DNA from: Sminthopsis crassicaudata
Lineage: Eukaryota
NCBI RefSeq assembly: GCF_048593235.1
Contig: NC_133617.1
Location: 46,399,767-46,463,766 of the forward strand
DNA length: 64,000 nucleotides
Reading direction: 5' to 3'
Shown in pieces: positions 23,101-35,400 of this stretch (positions are counted from its first letter, which is position 1; every line of letters begins with the position of its first letter). Under the pieces are notes generated by a model. That model was given only the letters and a program-made list of their open reading frames with translations. It was not told where the DNA came from and made no database searches. The position numbers and the translations under genes are program-made.

Positions 23101-26100
23101 TGAGCTCCCCGCCACGTGGCCTGACTGATGGCTTCCTGGGTTGTTGTGCAGGGGATTTTTGTGGCAGGTCTGGGCTGGACCGGGTGGTGAGCCTCGAAGG
23201 CCCCTTCCAAATCTCGACCTTTGTGCCCCTCCGTCTCCAGACTAACGTGGCCGTGCTGCTAGCCGAGCTGTTTCTGTGCTTTGAGGTGCTGAAGCCAGAC
23301 TTTGTGAGGCCCAAGGAGCTGCCAGATGGGCGAGGTGAGGAGCGGGGATGGGGGGGATAGTGAATTAGTGTGAGGGGGCGAGTGCCTCAAGGCTGCTGGG
23401 ATGTCGCTGCATTGGACTCGGAGTCGGGAAGGCCTGAATTCAAATCCTATCCCAGATACGTCCTAGCTGTGTAACCCCTGCCTGGGCAAGTTACTGAAGC
23501 TCTTTGCCTCAGTTTCTCCATCTGTAAAATGGGGAGAATTTTGCAAGCCCTTGAGTACTAAGTAAATGCTATTGTTGTTGGGTGAGGAAAGGCCAGGGAA
23601 CTGAGGAATACAAATAGGGAAGGTGAACTGTGTGGGAACGTTCCCTAGAGGGAGGCCGGGATTGAGGCTGGGGCTGGGGCCCCTTATTCCCTCCTTCTCT
23701 GCCACAGGTTCCTCTCCTGGGGTCAGCGAAGCCTCTACTCCACCGAGCGGCAATGGAGCCAGGTACGGTCTCCTCCCTCACCAGGTCCCCTAGATCTGTC
23801 TCCCTCCTCCTCGTCCCGCCTCTGGTCTGTCCCCCTTCCCCTTGGCCACTGTTTTCTCCTTAGAGGCTTGGGACCGAGGCCCTAGGTCCTGTCGCTCTGA
23901 ATTTGGGGACTCGGGGGGCAGGGCGCAGCCCGTGGGTTGATCATGTTTCCTTCCTATCTGCAGCTCCCCTGTTTTCAATTTCCGGCACCCACTTCTGTCT
24001 CCAGGGGGGCCACAGTCCCCTCTCCGTAGGTCATCAGGTGAGAAGGAGCTAGATGGGGGTGGGAGGAGAGGATCACCCCGCCTTCTGGCCCCCTGTTCCT
24101 CCTGCAGTGTCCCTCCAGTGAGGTGGCTGGAGCTGACCTCTGACTCCTCACAGGTTCCTTACAGTCCTCTCCCTCCATGACCCACATAGAAGCTTTTGGG
24201 AAGGCATGGAACCGGCAACTCAGGTGAGCGTCAGAGAAAAGGGGCTTGGGGGGAAGGGGAAGGGTGCGAGGGTGTGGCTGAGACTGCGTGGGGCCAGAGG
24301 GGAGAGGGCCTAGGATACAGAGGTCAGGCTCATTAGCCCCTTGGTCCTTTGCTCTCTAGAGTGGTCAGTGAAGCAGGCCACAGCTTCCTGCAGGCTATCA
24401 GGTCCCTCTGGAGTGACTCATTTCCCAGCAGTCTGTGCGCTGGCCAGACTAATTTTTTGAATAATGGGCCTTTTGGGAAGTCCCTGATTGTAGTGCTTGT
24501 GCTTGTGGGCTCCTTGGCTGCCCCAGCTTGAGCTGCGCTGACTTTTTGGAGGGACAAACAATGTTTAGTGCCCTTTCCTTGGTCAGTCTGGGATGCTACG
24601 CTAGCTCTGGGCCCAGCACTCAAAGGGTCGGGGGTAGGCCCCGGGCCCCCTGCTGAGAAACGAGACCTCCAGGAGCACGATTGGGGGGAGGTCCCCTGGC
24701 CAAGAGCCGGAGCCAAACATTGGAGAGGGAGTGCCTGGGGGGCCCTGGGGTGGGCCAGGGGTTCAAGGCCGGAGTCTTAGCCCCCGTCTGGCCCCCCCCA
24801 GCCGCCCCCTGTCCCAGGCTGTATCCTTCAGCACTCCCTTTGGCCTGGACAGCGACGTGGACGTGGTCATGGGGGACCCAGTGCTGTTACGCTCTGCCAG
24901 TTCCGATAGCCTGGGCCCCCCAAGGGTTTCAGCGTCGCAGCCTCCCCCAGAGCCAGCCCCGGAGCCTGGGGACCTCCCCACCATAGAAGAAGCCCTGCAG
25001 ATCATCCATAGTGCTGAGCCCCGCCTGCTCCCGGATGGGGCTGCTGATGGCGGCTTCTATCTCCATTCCCCCGAGGGACCCTCCAAACCCACCCTGTCTT
25101 CATCGTACCCGTCTGAGACCTCAAAGCCTCCCGCTTACTACCCTCACCCAGAGGGGGGCTCGAAGGCCTCCAAGCCGCCCTTGGCTTCATCTTACCCGCC
25201 CGGAGAGGCCTCTAAGCCTGTCCCGCCCGAGGGCTCCCCAGCAACTCCCACCCACTCCGAGGTGCGCATGACCAGCTTTGCCGAGAGGAAGAAGCAGCTG
25301 GTGAAGCCGGAGGGTCGGGCTGGGGAGGAGGCTGGGCCGGGGGGCCCTCCCGAGGCCCCTCCCGAGGCCCTGAGCTCGGAGATGAGCGAGCTGGGCGCGA
25401 GGCTGGAGGAAAAACGGCGAGCCATCGAGGCTCAGAAACGGCGCATCGAGGCCATCTTTGCCAAGCACCGGCAGCGGCTGGGCAAGAGCGCCTTCCTGCA
25501 GGTGCAGAGGCGAGAGGCCGGCAGCGAGAATGACGGAGACGGTGTGGATGGGGACGATGGCTCTGGCACGCCAGCGGCCGAAGGGACCCCGAGCTCAGGC
25601 CCCGGGGAGAGGCCGGCCGGGGAGGGCCGAGGAGAGCCCTCCGAAAGGCCCAAGATGGTGACCTTTTCTCCGGAGGTGGGATCTGGCCGGCTTTCGGATG
25701 AGGGCCTGGGTGACTATAACCGGGCGGTCAGCAAGCTGAGCGCGGCCCTGAGCTCTTTGCAGCGGGACATGCAGCGGCTCACGGACCAGCAGCAGCGGCT
25801 CCTGCGGGAGCCCGAGCACCCCGGGCCGGGGCCCCCCGCCGCTGCCTGGATCATTCCTGGCCCTGCCGGGCCTCGGGCTCCCTCCCCAGCCCCCGCCCGC
25901 CGTGTCCCACCCCCTCGATCGCCCCAGCCTCCCCCGCGCCGAGCCTCGGTCCCTGCTTCCACCCCGGCTCCCCGGAGCCCCAAACACGCCCGGCCCGCAG
26001 AGCTTCGGCTGGCCCCCTTGACTCGGGTACTGACTCCCCCACATGACGTGGACACTCTCCCCCACCTGCGCAAGTTCTCCCCGTCCCAGGTCCCCGTCCA

Positions 26101-29100
26101 GACCCGTTCGTCTATCCTCTTCGATGAAGATCAGCCTGGCCCTGGCTCTGGCCCCTCAAAGCCAGAGCCTGAGCCCGGACCCAAGCCGGGAGAGGTACCC
26201 GCAGAGCCCCTGGGAGGGGCCGCCACCCCATCCGGCCGGCCCGGCCTCATTGAGATCCCCCTGGGGAGCCTGGACAGTGACGGAGACGGGAGCCCCCCGG
26301 GAGGGGAAGACTCTCTGGAGGAGGCCGTGAACGGAGAGCCCCGGACCGGAGTGGGCTTCTTCTATAAGGTGAGTGGAGGGGACCCCGGGGGGTGATGTCT
26401 GGACCGGGGATGAGTGGATGGAAAGAGCGACGGATGTCTCCCGCAGGACGAAGAGAAGCCGGAAGATGAGATGGCCCAGAAGCGGGCTAGCCTGCTGGAG
26501 CGTCAGCAGCGGCGGGCGGATGAGGCGCGGAGGCGGAAGCAGTGGCTCGAGGTGGAGAAGGAGCAGAAAAAGGAGGAGGCCGCGAGGTGAGCCTTCATCT
26601 GGTCACTCCCTGTCTCCTAGGCCTGTGGCCGGGTCTGTGTGACCCTAGGCCAGTAACTTGGCCTTTGTCTGCCTCTATTTCCTTACCGCTAAAATGGGCG
26701 TCATCAGAGCACCGACCTCCGAAGCTCATATGAGACTGTGTTTGTGAAATGCTTAGCTCGTAGTAAGTGCTATATAAATGCCATTATCGTTACTATTGGC
26801 TGTCATAAGCTAGATCCCCGCTTCTTAAACTGTGGCCCCCGACCTCAGAGGGGGTCTTATAACTGAATGTGGAAGTTGCAGAATTATGATTTATTATCAG
26901 CAAACTTTTGTTTTGTATACATATTTCATATATCTATACACTTGGGCTCATGTAAAAGTTTCTCGAGTATCAGTACATTTTGCTTTGCTAACTATTATCA
27001 TTACAATTGGCGGTCATAAGCTAGATCCCCGCTTCTTCTTCCTTTTTTTTTTTTTGTTGAGGCAATAATTGGGGTTAAGTGACTTGCCCAGAGTCACACA
27101 GCCAGGAAGTGTTAAGTGTCTGAGGCTAGATTTGAACTCAGATCCTTCTGACTTCAGGGCTGGTGCTCAGAGGAGCCACCTAGCTGCCTCCTAGATCCCC
27201 ACTTCTTAAACTGTGGTTTCATGACCTCCTATGGAGTCTTGATTCATTATCAGTAAAATTTTGTTTTCTATACATATTTTATATACCTAGGAGTCACATA
27301 AAAGTTTCTCGGTATCAATCAGTAAATTTTTGCTTTGCATACTTATTTTATGTATCTATATCTCAGGGTCACATAAAAATTTCTCGGGCAAAAAAGGGCG
27401 GTGAGTGGTTAAGAAGACCTAGCTAGACAAATGGGTCCTGAGGTCTTTTCTTTCAGCTTTAATCTTATGGACCCCTTATCATCCCCTGACCGTCAGATCA
27501 ATTGAGGTTTGGCCTTCCTGGGAGGAAGTTCATTGGCCCATTCCATAGCCAATCTGGAAGCCTCTTTGTGGTCTGGTGGATTTAAGAGTGCTTTGCCCAC
27601 AATCTTACCTAATGGTAGATCCACTGCTCCAAAGGGGACATGGTACAAATTTCCTGTGTCAAAGTTTTCAAATTAAAATCATTTGACATACACACTGGTC
27701 ACTTCCAAAGCACTCCCAAGACAGGTCTGTTCTTTATTCCCACCCCTCATTTTCTGCTCTGGGCCTCTATGTTTTCCCTCAGGTTGGCCCAGGAAGAGAG
27801 AGCCCGAGTTGGAGCCGGGGCCAGCCTGGAAGAGGAGGGCCCATCCCGGAGAGGGGACTTTACACGACAAGAATATGAGAGACGGGCACAACTCAAGTTG
27901 ATGGACGACCTGGAAAAAGTACTACGACCTCGAGGGACGGGGGGCGGGCCTGGAAGAGGGGGTGCCCGTCGGCCCCCTCGACCTCGATCCGGCTGCTGTG
28001 ATGACTCGGCCCTGGGCCGCAGTCCCCGAGGCCTCTTGGGTAAGGAAGAGCATGATGGAGCGGGTGGTGATGGTGGGGGTTGCCAAGAGAAAAAATAGGA
28101 CTGAAGGTTTTACTTCCTTTTTCTCCCTACCAGGATCCCGACTTAGCAAAGTATACTCCCAGTCCACCCTGTCCCTTTCCACTGTGGCCAACGATTCTTC
28201 CAACAACCTTGGGGTAAAAAGGCCCACATCCAGGTAAATTTACACCCTTCCCCCCAATACCTACCCAATCTAAGCCTGTATGTCAGTGTGTCTGTCTGTC
28301 AGTATGTATATTACAAGTGGGTGGTCTGTTCACTGGTTAGATTAGCTTAGAACTTTCTCAAATATACCATCCTTATGGACATAAAGCTAAACTCACACTG
28401 GAGTTTGTTTATTTCTGTATTTATTTAATCAGTTATTCTCTCCACCAGTTTTGAGTTCAACCTTGGCCAAGCTAACATCACACTGGAGTTTATTTATTTA
28501 TGTATTTATTTATTTAATCAGTTATTCTCTAAGTTCAACCTTGGGCACATTGAAGGCTTTTTTTTTCTTTTTTTTAACCAGTTACTCTCTGTATCAGTCT
28601 TGTGTGCCATTACAATTGAAGCAAACTTGCAAAATTCTAGAATGTCATTAAAGGGATTTATGATTTATGAGCATTAGAAGCAGAAGCACCAATCACTAGG
28701 AATCAGCATGGGCTCGTCAAGAACAAGTCATGCTGGATGGCCGCCCATTTTCTTTGACCAGACTGATAGATAGGAAAATTGAACTTGGATTTCAGCAAAA
28801 TATTTGATGTCATTCTTGAGGACAAATAGGAAAGTGTGCTGGATAATATAGTTAACACTGTTCACAGCGGTTGAATTTCCAGGTGCAAAGGGGAGTGATT
28901 AATGCATTGATGTCAACTTGGAGGGCCCACAAGAAGTGGAGATGTGCACGTACTCTTGGCATCTATTGTCTGGCACGAACTAGGCAATTAATGAATGAAT
29001 GTTTGGTGAATTGGATCATTTGAAAAAGCGAGGGGTGTTTAGCCCAGAGCGGGGAAAAAACAGTAGGAAAAGGCATATAGAAGCTACATGCAAAGGGTGG

Positions 29101-30349
29101 AAGTTGCCGAGAGGCAAATTTAGGTTTAATGTAACTAAGAACTTCCCAGGTATCCAGAGGATTTCCATTACAAGGTCTTGAAACAAAGGTTGAATGAAGA
29201 CTTGTTGAAAATATGATAGGGATTATCCATAAAGTGGGCAATTGGACAAACTGATCTTGAGGGTTCCTTCTAAATCAGAGATTCTAGGGATCAAGGAGAC
29301 TAGAGAAGGGACTTACTCCCCAGGAGTAAGAGGCAACTGGAGGACTTTCTTCCCCCTGACAGTCACATCCCTTTCCTTCCAGGGCTCCTTCTCCATCGGG
29401 CCTAATGTCCCCCAGTCGCCTGTTGGGTAATCGTGATCGGGACTGGGAAAATGGGAGTACTGCTTCATCCCCAGCCTCTGTCCCAGAGTACACAGGTAAG
29501 GCCTTGCCAAAAAATGGAGAAAGAATGGTGGCAAGGAGGGGTGGCAAGAGGGCAGGTTATACATCTCTGGCTCTGCATGCAGCGCACGGTATAGTGGGGA
29601 AAAACCACCAGGTCCCCAGAATCAGGATCCGTGGTTTTGAATCTCAATTTGAACACTTCTCTGAGCTCAGTTTACTTTTGACATCCATTTCTGTAAGATT
29701 GAGAGTTCCACATCTTCTCCCCCTTCCCTCCCGGCTAACTTCCTGCCCTTCCCCCGCCCCAGGTCCCAAGCTGTACAAGGAGCCCAGTGCCAAGTCCAAC
29801 AAGTACATCATCCACAACGCATTGGCCCACTGCTGCCTGGCTGGCAAGGTCAATGAATCTCACAAGAACCGCATCCTGGAGGTGAGGCCGGGGCCGGGCC
29901 CTTGGGATCCTGGTGGAAAGCCCAGCTCACTCCCCCTCCCCCCTCCTCTCCCCAAGGTCCCAGTTCTCGCGGGATCGGGCCCCAGCATCCCTATTCTCTC
30001 GCCTCCCCCACCGTTACTCTCGTCCTAACCAATTATCCGCTCCCAGGAAATCGAGAAGAGCAAAGCCAACCACTTCCTGATCCTCTTCCGGGACTCGAGC
30101 TGCCAGTTCCGAGCACTGTACACCTTCTCTGGGGAGACGGAGGAGATGTCCCGACTGGCCGGCTACGGCCCCCGCACCATCACCAAGTCCATGGTCGAGG
30201 GGATCTACAAGTACAACTCGGACCGGAAACGCTTCACGCAGATTCCCGCCAAGACCATGTCCATGAGTGTGGATGCCATCACCATCCAGGGTCACTTCTG
30301 GCAGACCAAGAAGCCCAGTACCCCAAAGAAGCCCAGTACTCCTAAATAG
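10514..30349 (+). CDS. CAMSAP3: Calmodulin-regulated spectrin-associated protein 3 (microtubule minus-end binding; CH, coiled-coil and CKK domains), 19 coding exons, 1287 aa with both cassette exons
   Basis: Exons: 10514-10661, 19961-20214, 20316-20438, 20580-20666, 20856-20888, 21505-21552, 21836-21974, 22525-22664, 23241-23334, 23708-23762, 23964-24037, 24154-24223, 24802-26368, 26447-26586, 27783-28039, 28134-28233, 29383-29495, 29763-29881, 30047-30349. All introns GT-AG, total 3864 nt, frame open. Starts MVEAAPAGPGPLRKTFLVPEIKPLDQYD and ends in the CKK domain ...GHFWQTKKPSTPKKPSTPK, matching recalled mammalian CAMSAP3. Confidence 0.97.
13051..13242 (+). mobile_element. 192-bp non-autonomous hAT (Charlie/OC1-like) MITE, copy 1
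   Basis: Terminal inverted repeats CTGAGGTTCTCAAACT...AGTTTGAGGACCACTG; aligns without gaps to the copy at 50278-50469. Confidence 0.85.
13843..14050 (-). mobile_element. MAR1-type marsupial CORE-SINE
   Basis: ttcagtcat...ggggttttcttggcaaagataatggagtggtttgtcatttccttctccagctcatttgacagatgaggaaactgaggc. Confidence 0.8.
16774..16954 (-). mobile_element. WSINE1-type SINE with (TTTTA)n tail, nested in a MIR
   Basis: Body 16822-16954; TSD GGGCTTTAT at 16765-16773 and 16955-16963. Confidence 0.85.
17633..18025 (+). repeat. About 65-bp L2-derived unit in three copies, interrupted by an antisense L1 3' fragment (about 17710-17898)
   Basis: Copies at 17633-17697, 17899-17963 and 17964-18025. Confidence 0.85.
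18310..18505 (-). mobile_element. Marsupial L1 3' UTR fragment
   Basis: atatgcatgggtaatttttc...gatggcaggcagtcccatacatgtt, the same family as 17735-17898 and 40852-41050. Confidence 0.75.
19245..19472 (-). mobile_element. hAT-Charlie-like MITE relic
   Basis: Ends caggacttcttaaa...ttgaagaagctttg; internal sequence related to 26816-27420. Confidence 0.6.
20856..20888 (+). CDS. CAMSAP3: CAMSAP3 33-nt cassette exon (CPTRWYWKLVP)
   Basis: ctcag|TGC...CCC|gtaagt, phase 0-0. Matches the first part of the recalled 27-aa insert of the long human isoform. Confidence 0.9.
21505..21552 (+). CDS. CAMSAP3: CAMSAP3 48-nt cassette exon (HAVAFCLKESGSKPPV)
   Basis: ctcag|CAC...GTG|gtaacg, phase 0-0, with a CTGAC branch-like motif upstream. 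Matches the second part of the recalled insert. Confidence 0.9.
22120..22323 (+). mobile_element. MAR1-type marsupial CORE-SINE
   Basis: CORE followed by the tail ctggagaaggaaac...ctctgccaagaaacccc...gactgaaat. Confidence 0.8.
24802..26368 (+). CDS. CAMSAP3: CAMSAP3 large 1567-nt exon (coiled coils and Pro-rich region)
   Basis: Lies within ORF 24731..26395. Encodes SRPLSQAVSFSTPFGLDSDVD...LEEKRRAIEAQKRRIEAIFAKHRQRLGKSAFL...GVGFFYK; donor gtgagt. Confidence 0.97.
26796..27428 (+). mobile_element. hAT-Charlie-like MITE relic with duplicated left part and an inserted SINE
   Basis: Ends gcttcttaaac...gttaagaag; flanks agctagat (26808-26815) and agctagac (27421-27428). Confidence 0.6.
27037..27190 (-). 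mobile_element. Older WSINE1/SINE1-type SINE inserted in a hAT MITE
   Basis: 17-bp TSD ctagatcccc(g/a)cttctt at 27020-27036 and 27191-27207. Confidence 0.8.
28675..29290 (+). mobile_element. L3/CR1 RT and 3' fragments in a CAMSAP3 intron
   Basis: ggaatcagcatgggctcgtcaagaacaagtcatgc...ttggatttcagcaaaat; gaggcaaatttaggtttaatgtaa...ccattacaaggtctt. Confidence 0.7.
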
Positions 30350-30959
30350 CACAGACATTTCCTGTCTGAGGCCTGGACTCTACCCCACAGCCAGCTGGGG
30401 GCCTTCTGTCCCCAGGGGTGGCTCCCGAGAGGGAGGGGGAAGCCCCCTGCGGGGGGGAAAAGGAGGGTGCTTTGTACCCTCCCCTCCGTGGTTCAGAGAC
30501 TGGGCAGGAAGGAGATCTGGACTCCTCTTGCCCTGCGCTCTCCTCAGTCCTCTCCCCAACTGCATGTTTCTTCTACCCCAGTGCCTCTTGGAGGCAACGT
30601 TTCTCTGTTCCCTACTCCCCCCCAGCCACCTCTTGCCTGGACAGATTTTGGTCCCCAATGTTGGGGGGCTCCCAGTCTCCAAGCCTTTGGAAAACCAATT
30701 TATAAATTCTGGCCTGAGCCAGGGTAGGATTCCAAAGGAGCCTGGACCTGAATTCTACTTTTTTTTTTTTTGGAGGGGATATGGGGGGATGGTTTTCTTG
30801 CTCCCCATCTCCCCAGGTCCTTTTCTTCCTTGGAAGATTCTGGAGGGAGCCTTTTCATCTCTGTGTCGTGTCCTGCTGTGGGGAGGGGGAAGCTGGGAGC
30901 TTCAGGGACTCAGGGCTCAGCTCAACAACCCCCTGCCCCTGTCTGTCCTCTCTACCTTG

Positions 30960-30965
30960 AATAAA
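30960..30965 (+). terminator. CAMSAP3 polyadenylation signal AATAAA
   Basis: First canonical hexamer after the stop, about 610 nt downstream. Confidence 0.75.
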
Positions 30966-32386
30966 ATAATTTAAAGAGATGTTCTTGACTTCTTCCTTCT
31001 CAAGGAGGGGGTGATTGGAAGCTGAGGGAGGGAGGGAACGGAGGTAGGCTCAGGTTCAGAAGCTCAGAAGCATCCAGAGCAGTCCCTAAAGAGAAATCCC
31101 TCCAGCCTCCATGCTAAGACCTCGTATTTCCATGGCGGATCATTCCTCTTTTTCCTATCTTGTTCTCCCGGCTCTTCCTTCTGAGGCTGATCAAGGCAAG
31201 CAGGTCTCTTCAAGTGTCAGTCCTTCTAGGACTGAAGAGAACCAACATGGTGCCATCTAAGCCTGGCCACCATTCACTTTTGAATCTCCCGGCAGTCTCC
31301 ATCCTAAAATCCGGTATCCAGGGAAGCTTACACCTCTTCTGGAGGGCAGTGGCCCAGTCATCTCGCTGGTTCTGGACGTCACGCTCTTAACACAGCCTTC
31401 GTTACAGGTTCTTTTTGTCCTGGATCCTTTGCATGTTGCCCTTGCAGTCCCCTAAAGCTCCCAGATCTTCTTTACATGAACACTCATCAAGCCACGCCCT
31501 CCCATCCTGTTTTTGCCATTGATTTTTTTGAACCCAGAGGACAATTCTTACTTAATTTTCCTCGAAATAGAATAAGTTATTTTTAGGTGCTGTCAGCCAG
31601 CGCCATCTCTGAGCCAGGACACTTCCCACCCAGCCCTCTCCCCTTCAGCTAAGTGTATGCCCAGTAAGACAGTAATTTCCCCATCGATACTGGGGTGAGA
31701 GGGCCTCTGAGGAGAAGGGGCCGGCTATCCAAGAAATGCCTTCTGGAGATATCCTGAACACGGGAAAATGGAGCTAGGCTACAGCCAAGGAGTCCTGAAT
31801 GCCAACTGGGATCAGAACTTAATAGGGTAGGTCATGGCAAATTTAGGAGAGATGACCAGAACACGGGAAGGATTGGGAAGGGGCAAGTCTAGAGATTAGA
31901 GATTAGCACAATAGGCCAGATGAGGGAATGAAGCTTGGCTAGGGCCACGCCAGCCTGGGTTGATGCTCAGGGCTGAAGTGGGTGGTTATGGTCAAGTGAA
32001 GCTCCTGGTTTGGCCCCCCAAGGAGGCCCCATTTCTTGTGGGGCCGATGGTCTGGCTCTATCGTACACAGTGTGCTCGGGCAGTGGCCCAAGGGGGAGTG
32101 TCAGGAGAGGGGTGCCGGTCTGTTTCCTGCTCCCTGGGGCTCAGGGCCAGGAACCGGCTCTACAAGGTGGGGGGTTGGGCCGAGTACTTTGGCCTCCGTT
32201 CTGCTACGTAGGAGGTGAGCCCGGGCCCTGGGCCAGCGGGCACTGCCACGTGGGGTGGTGACTCCCAGCATGCCCCAGCTAGGCAGGTGACCGTGCCATA
32301 CCGACCCTCCCCAGAAAGCCAGAACTGGGTGTGTTCACACGTGTTTGCATAAAACCAGTGGCTGAGAGAAGTACAAACATAAAGAA

Positions 32387-32392
32387 TTTATT
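32387..32392 (-). terminator. XAB2 polyadenylation signal AATAAA
   Basis: TTTATT on the + strand, 14 nt after the stop, with U/GU-rich sequence downstream on the - strand. Confidence 0.8.
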
Positions 32393-32406
32393 GTGGGTGA
32401 TCGGCA

Positions 32407-35400
32407 TCAGTCTTCCTTGAGGCTCCCAAAGACCGTGGCTGGCACGCTCTGCTGCTCCAGCGACACCTCTGGGGAAAGGAAGGGAGGAGGTGAGAAGTGC
32501 TTCCAACCAGGGCCAGGGCTGGTGTGCTGAGGGCCCCCCCACTCACCATTGGGCTGCAGGTCCTCCTCTTCCTCTTCCTCCTCCCCTATCTCAATCTCCT
32601 CTGGGTTGGCCTGCTGGGCCAGTTCGGCCAGCTCCGAGCGGGAGGCGTCACTCCTGGGGAAAGAGAAGCTGGCCCTCAGTCCTTGCCCCACCCCAAGGCC
32701 CACAGTCCCCAGGGCCCGACCCTGCCCGCCTCCCAGACTCCGGGTGCCCACCTGACAAAGAGGATCTTGCCCTGGGAGCGCGAAGGCTGGTCCCGCTCCG
32801 CCTCTGCCGCCAGCTGCTCGGCCCGGTGCTCCAGAAGCTTCATGTCATCCATCCCGCTCTGTCCAGGGGCGAGGTCAGACACTGGGGGAAGAGAGGTGGG
32901 TCAGGCCCCAGGACTGGCAGTGACTGGTGGCCCAGAGATGTGGGCTGGCCTGAGGGGCTGCTGCTCACCAGTGCCTGTGGCATTGCTGTACACCTTCAGC
33001 ATCTGGGAGGCCATGAAGTTGACTTGGGTGTTGTACGTGGCCTGGACGCTGCGCCGGATCCGAAGCATCTCACGGATGGTGTCCTCGTTCCCGTGCCGGA
33101 TCTCGAAGTCCTTCCACGTCTGCCAGAACGTTCCCGTCGTCTGGGGGTTGGCAGCACAAGGGAGGTGGTCAGGGGGACCCCGCCAGCCTGGGATGCTTGC
33201 CCTGCCTCCCACCCCAGCTGAGCCTCAGGCTCCCTACCCGAGGATCGCAGATCTGTGAGCAGAAGCTATAGATGGCCCGGGCCCGGTCGATCTCCCCCAG
33301 TTTACATTCCATATCAGCAAAGCGAAGACACATTTCTCTTGCGTGCTCGTCTGACAACACCTGAAATCCAGAGGAGAGAGTGGGGCCTGAGGGGGCTGGG
33401 GCTACTGTGACCCACAGCACCCCCCAGGCAGATTCCTGCCCACGTGGCATCCTCAGTCACTCTAGGGCCTCCAGGATAATGGAAAGAGCTCCTTTTCTTC
33501 CTGCAGAGGATGCCGGCTACAACATCTTCATCCTCAGCCCACCTCCCAGCTGGGGCTGGCTAGTCAGCGTGCCACTGACCAATAGGAGGCCCAGTCTCCA
33601 GCCTCTTTTTTTTTTAACTTTTTACTCCTCATTCCATCTCCACCTCCTCGGAGTGTGCAGATCCTCCTAAACTTGTGGCTAGACTGAGAGGGGCCCGAGT
33701 CATAGGAAGTGGGTCAATGCTTGGCAGCTGGGCTGGGCACAGAGAAAAAAGGGTGGGCTCCAAGCACTAGGCGGAGTGAGCCAGGGGAAAATATCAGGAT
33801 TGGAGAATTACCGGAGGAGACCTTAGAGAGCATGTTTCAAGGCTCCCATTCTGTAGGTGAGAAAGCTGGGAAAGCAGAGAAGGGATGGACGGACCCGAGG
33901 AAAGAAATGGTAGACGGTAGAAGGGCAAGGCCCTGACTTTGCTTTCCCTGGGATCTATACCCTATCCCACCAGCCCAACCCTGATCCCCAGCCCTGCCCG
34001 TCCTGGCACCTCGATGGCTTTCTGGTAGATGCTGCGGGTGTGGGTGACCCCATAGATCTCAGCGGCACGTTTGATGTAAATGTTGAACATTTCATGTTGC
34101 TGGGAGGGCTCCACGGCACGGGTGGCCCGCTCGTACACAGCCATGGCATGGCGGGCCAGCCCCCACTCTTCCTCCAGCCGAGCATACAACAGGTAGAGAG
34201 CTGAGATGGGGGAGAAGAACATCAGGGCCTGGAGCTGCTCAGAAAGCACGTGGGAGCCTACCCTGAATCCCTCTCTCCCCACAGACACACGTGGCCCCCA
34301 TCTCCACTGGGGCCTCCCCTCACTCATAGCCCCCCTCACTTTTGGCGTATTTGGGGGGACAGCCATCCAGCGCTTGTTCGAATAGGTCCCGGGCCCGCTC
34401 CAGCTTGCGGCCTCCATAACGAGCAATAAACTTGGTCAGGTATGTGCTCCAGATGTCCGACACATTGGGCCACTTAAAAAGTGAGATGCCCCGCTCGTAG
34501 GCCTGGAAAGGAAGGGGAGACATGGAGCTTGCCCGGAGAATGGGCCTGCATACACGTGACAGACGTCTGGGGATTGAGCACCAGGGGCCAGAGCTAAGCC
34601 CAGTTTTCCTAATTATTTGCTCACCCTACCCCGAAGGAAGAGGCCAGAAGTTTGTCCTGGGTCTCCAAAGCACTAAAGGCTGGTGAGGGCGTGCATTCAA
34701 ACCCAGGTTCTTTTGATACCAAATTTTATGCTTACTCTACCTCTGCTTTCTCATCTGTAAAACGGGCATCATAAAACTTCTCTTATCTTGTGACATCTCC
34801 GAAATCTTAGAGTCCATCTCATCTAAGCCCCCCCAAGCTAGGATGTCCCCTTCTGCTACACCCTTGCCTTTCCTGGAAGGCCTCTGGGGAGGCCTATACC
34901 ACACAGTCCTAATTGCCAGGAAATCTGTGCTTCTCTCAGGCCTTCATTTGTCTCATTGTACCTTCTCCCATTGCTCCTCCTTCTGCCTCTGGGACCAAAG
35001 GGAACGTGTAAAAATCTAACTCCCACATGACAGCCGTCACATGTGGATCGCTATTCACGTCCCGGGAGGGATTCTCCAGGCTGGTGACATCCCAAACTCC
35101 ACCAGAGCCTGGCACTGCACTGGCCCCTGGGAGGCCCTAAGCATGCCACTTCTAGAAGTGAAGCTAGTGTGGCATGAGCAGGAGCTGGTTAGCCCTCCCT
35201 CCCCCCGGCATCTTCCCTGCAAGGGAACCTCTTTGTAAACTGGTCTAGAAATGGCAGCTCTCCTCACCCACCTTGAAGCTCTCTTCAAAGTAACTGTGCT
35301 CCTCCAGGAACATGGCATAATTGATGACAATCTGGGGGGTGGCAATGCGCAGGTCCAGGATCCGCTCGTACACGGCCTTGGTGGACTGTGGACAGTGACA

